Made by a program: the position numbers and the translations under genes | The notes under the pieces: model-generated | The model's input: the letters and a program-made list of their open reading frames with translations, nothing else | What the model was told of the DNA's origin: nothing | Databases searched by the model: none | Shown: positions 23,817 to 24,841 of the stretch, in pieces | How the letters are laid out: the number at the start of each line of letters is the position of its first letter | How positions within the stretch are numbered: position 1 is the first letter of the stretch | From: Dehalococcoidia bacterium | Lineage (GTDB): Bacteria; Chloroflexota; Dehalococcoidia; SM23-28-2; RBG-16-64-32 | DNA: 24,841 nucleotides | Direction: 5' to 3' | Assembly (NCBI GenBank): GCA_035702935.1 | Contig: DASSZB010000227.1 | Location: 1 to 24,841 of the forward strand

Positions 23817-24841
23817 ACGACACGGCCGTCGCCGGGATACCGCAGCGGGTCCACTTAGTGGGCGTAGGCGGGATCCACATGTCCGGCATCGCGCGCATCC
23901 TGAGGGCGCGGGGCCACACGGTCTCCGGGTCGGACCTACACCTCTCGCCGCTGACGTCTGAGCTCGAGGGGCTGGGTGTGACCGTCCACGAGGGCCACCG
24001 CGCCGATAACATCGACGACGCCGAGTTGGTCGTGTACACATCCGCGGCACACGAGGATAACCCCGAGATCACCGAGTCCCGCGGCCGGGGCATCGAAACC
24101 ATCAAGCGCGCGCGGATGGTGGCGCGGCTGATGACGGGCAAGAAGGTAATTGCGGTAGCCGGTACCCACGGCAAGACGACGACAACATCGCTTGTGGCGT
24201 TCATGTTGCACCGCGCCGGTCTCAGTCCCACGATTATGCTGGGCGGCGAGTCCATCGACCTCGGTACGAACGCCCTGCCGGGTGATGGCGACTACTTTGT
24301 CGTGGAAGCCGACGAGTACGACCGCGCCTTCCTTAACTACACCCCGTACATCGCTCTCGTCACGAACGTCGAGCCGGACCACCTGGACATCTACGGCTCG
24401 TTCGACGAGCTGCGCCGCGCGTTCGCGCAGTTCCTCTCTCAAGTTGACAATTCCGGTTACGTCGTGGCCTGCAAGGAATCCCCTGCCCTGCAGGCTATCC
24501 TTCCCCTGACCGTAGGAGACGACATGAACACCAACCCCGTCCATGTCGTCTCCTACGGTACTTCTCCCGATTCTGACTGGACAGCGCAGTCTATGAACAA
24601 ATTGCAACAGCAAAAGGGTATAGACACATCATCTTTTATGGTAGAATTTCGAAAACAGGTCTGGGGAGAATTTGAGACGCAACTGCCAGGCGTCCATAAC
24701 ATGCTGAATTCACTCGGTGCTATCGCCGTGGGTCATGCCATTGGCCTCGATCGTGGGACCATTCGCTCCGCCGTCGCGGAGTTTCGTGGGGTCCGCCGAC
24801 GCTTCGAATTCATCGGCGAGACTGCGGGCGTCCGGGTCATG
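23813..24841 (+). CDS. murC: UDP-MurNAc:L-Ala ligase MurC (3' end truncated by the window edge)
   Basis: My own translation from GTG 23813: VHLVGVGGIHMSGIA, VSGSD, YTSA...DNPE, AVAGTHGKTTTTS, EADEYD, TNVEPDHLD, PGVHN, F.GV.RRFE. Confidence 0.96.
   Translation, partial: MNDTAVAGIPQRVHLVGVGGIHMSGIARILRARGHTVSGSDLHLSPLTSELEGLGVTVHEGHRADNIDDAELVVYTSAAHEDNPEITESRGRGIETIKRARMVARLMTGKKVIAVAGTHGKTTTTSLVAFMLHRAGLSPTIMLGGESIDLGTNALPGDGDYFVVEADEYDRAFLNYTPYIALVTNVEPDHLDIYGSFDELRRAFAQFLSQVDNSGYVVACKESPALQAILPLTVGDDMNTNPVHVVSYGTSPDSDWTAQSMNKLQQQKGIDTSSFMVEFRKQVWGEFETQLPGVHNMLNSLGAIAVGHAIGLDRGTIRSAVAEFRGVRRRFEFIGETAGVRVM
24509..24559. repeat. Perfect 18-bp inverted repeat inside murC
   Basis: accgtaggagacgacatg (24509-24526), 15 nt, catgtcgtctcctacggt (24542-24559). 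Confidence 0.95.

Overview
High-GC bacterial chromosomal window (70% GC in a hand-counted 120-nt sample of murF). It is probably Chloroflexota, possibly Dehalococcoidia-like; this is an inference from the Cys-containing dockerin-like domain, the acidic lipoprotein and the gene content. Left (1-2761): an ACAD10/11-like phosphotransferase, an inverted yidB-family gene, a DUF6285-like gene and an acidic lipoprotein. Middle (2832-11511): tRNA-Leu(GAG)/tRNA-Cys(GCA) and an oppositely oriented tRNA-Leu(TAA) bracket an 8.4-kb accessory block. It holds a 7-blade propeller plus dockerin-like surface protein, an O-methyltransferase, an orphan membrane protein, a secreted metzincin-like protease with a QExxH motif, a small protein, a STAND-ATPase/LuxR regulator and an orphan. 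Then comes a stress cluster (YbaK-family, USP, Hsp20) and mog/moaB. Right (14011-end): the dcw cluster mraZ-rsmH-ftsL-ftsI-murF-mraY-murD-ftsW-murG-murC (partial), with no murE. No integrase, transposase or CRISPR array was seen. The best second-look items are a probable non-canonical ATC start for ftsW, a perfect 18-bp inverted repeat followed by a 34%-GC patch with an extended -10 inside murC, matching ECF-sigma promoters before two surface-protein genes, and a candidate three-way-junction RNA at 7025-7145. I could not show that these belong to a single new system.
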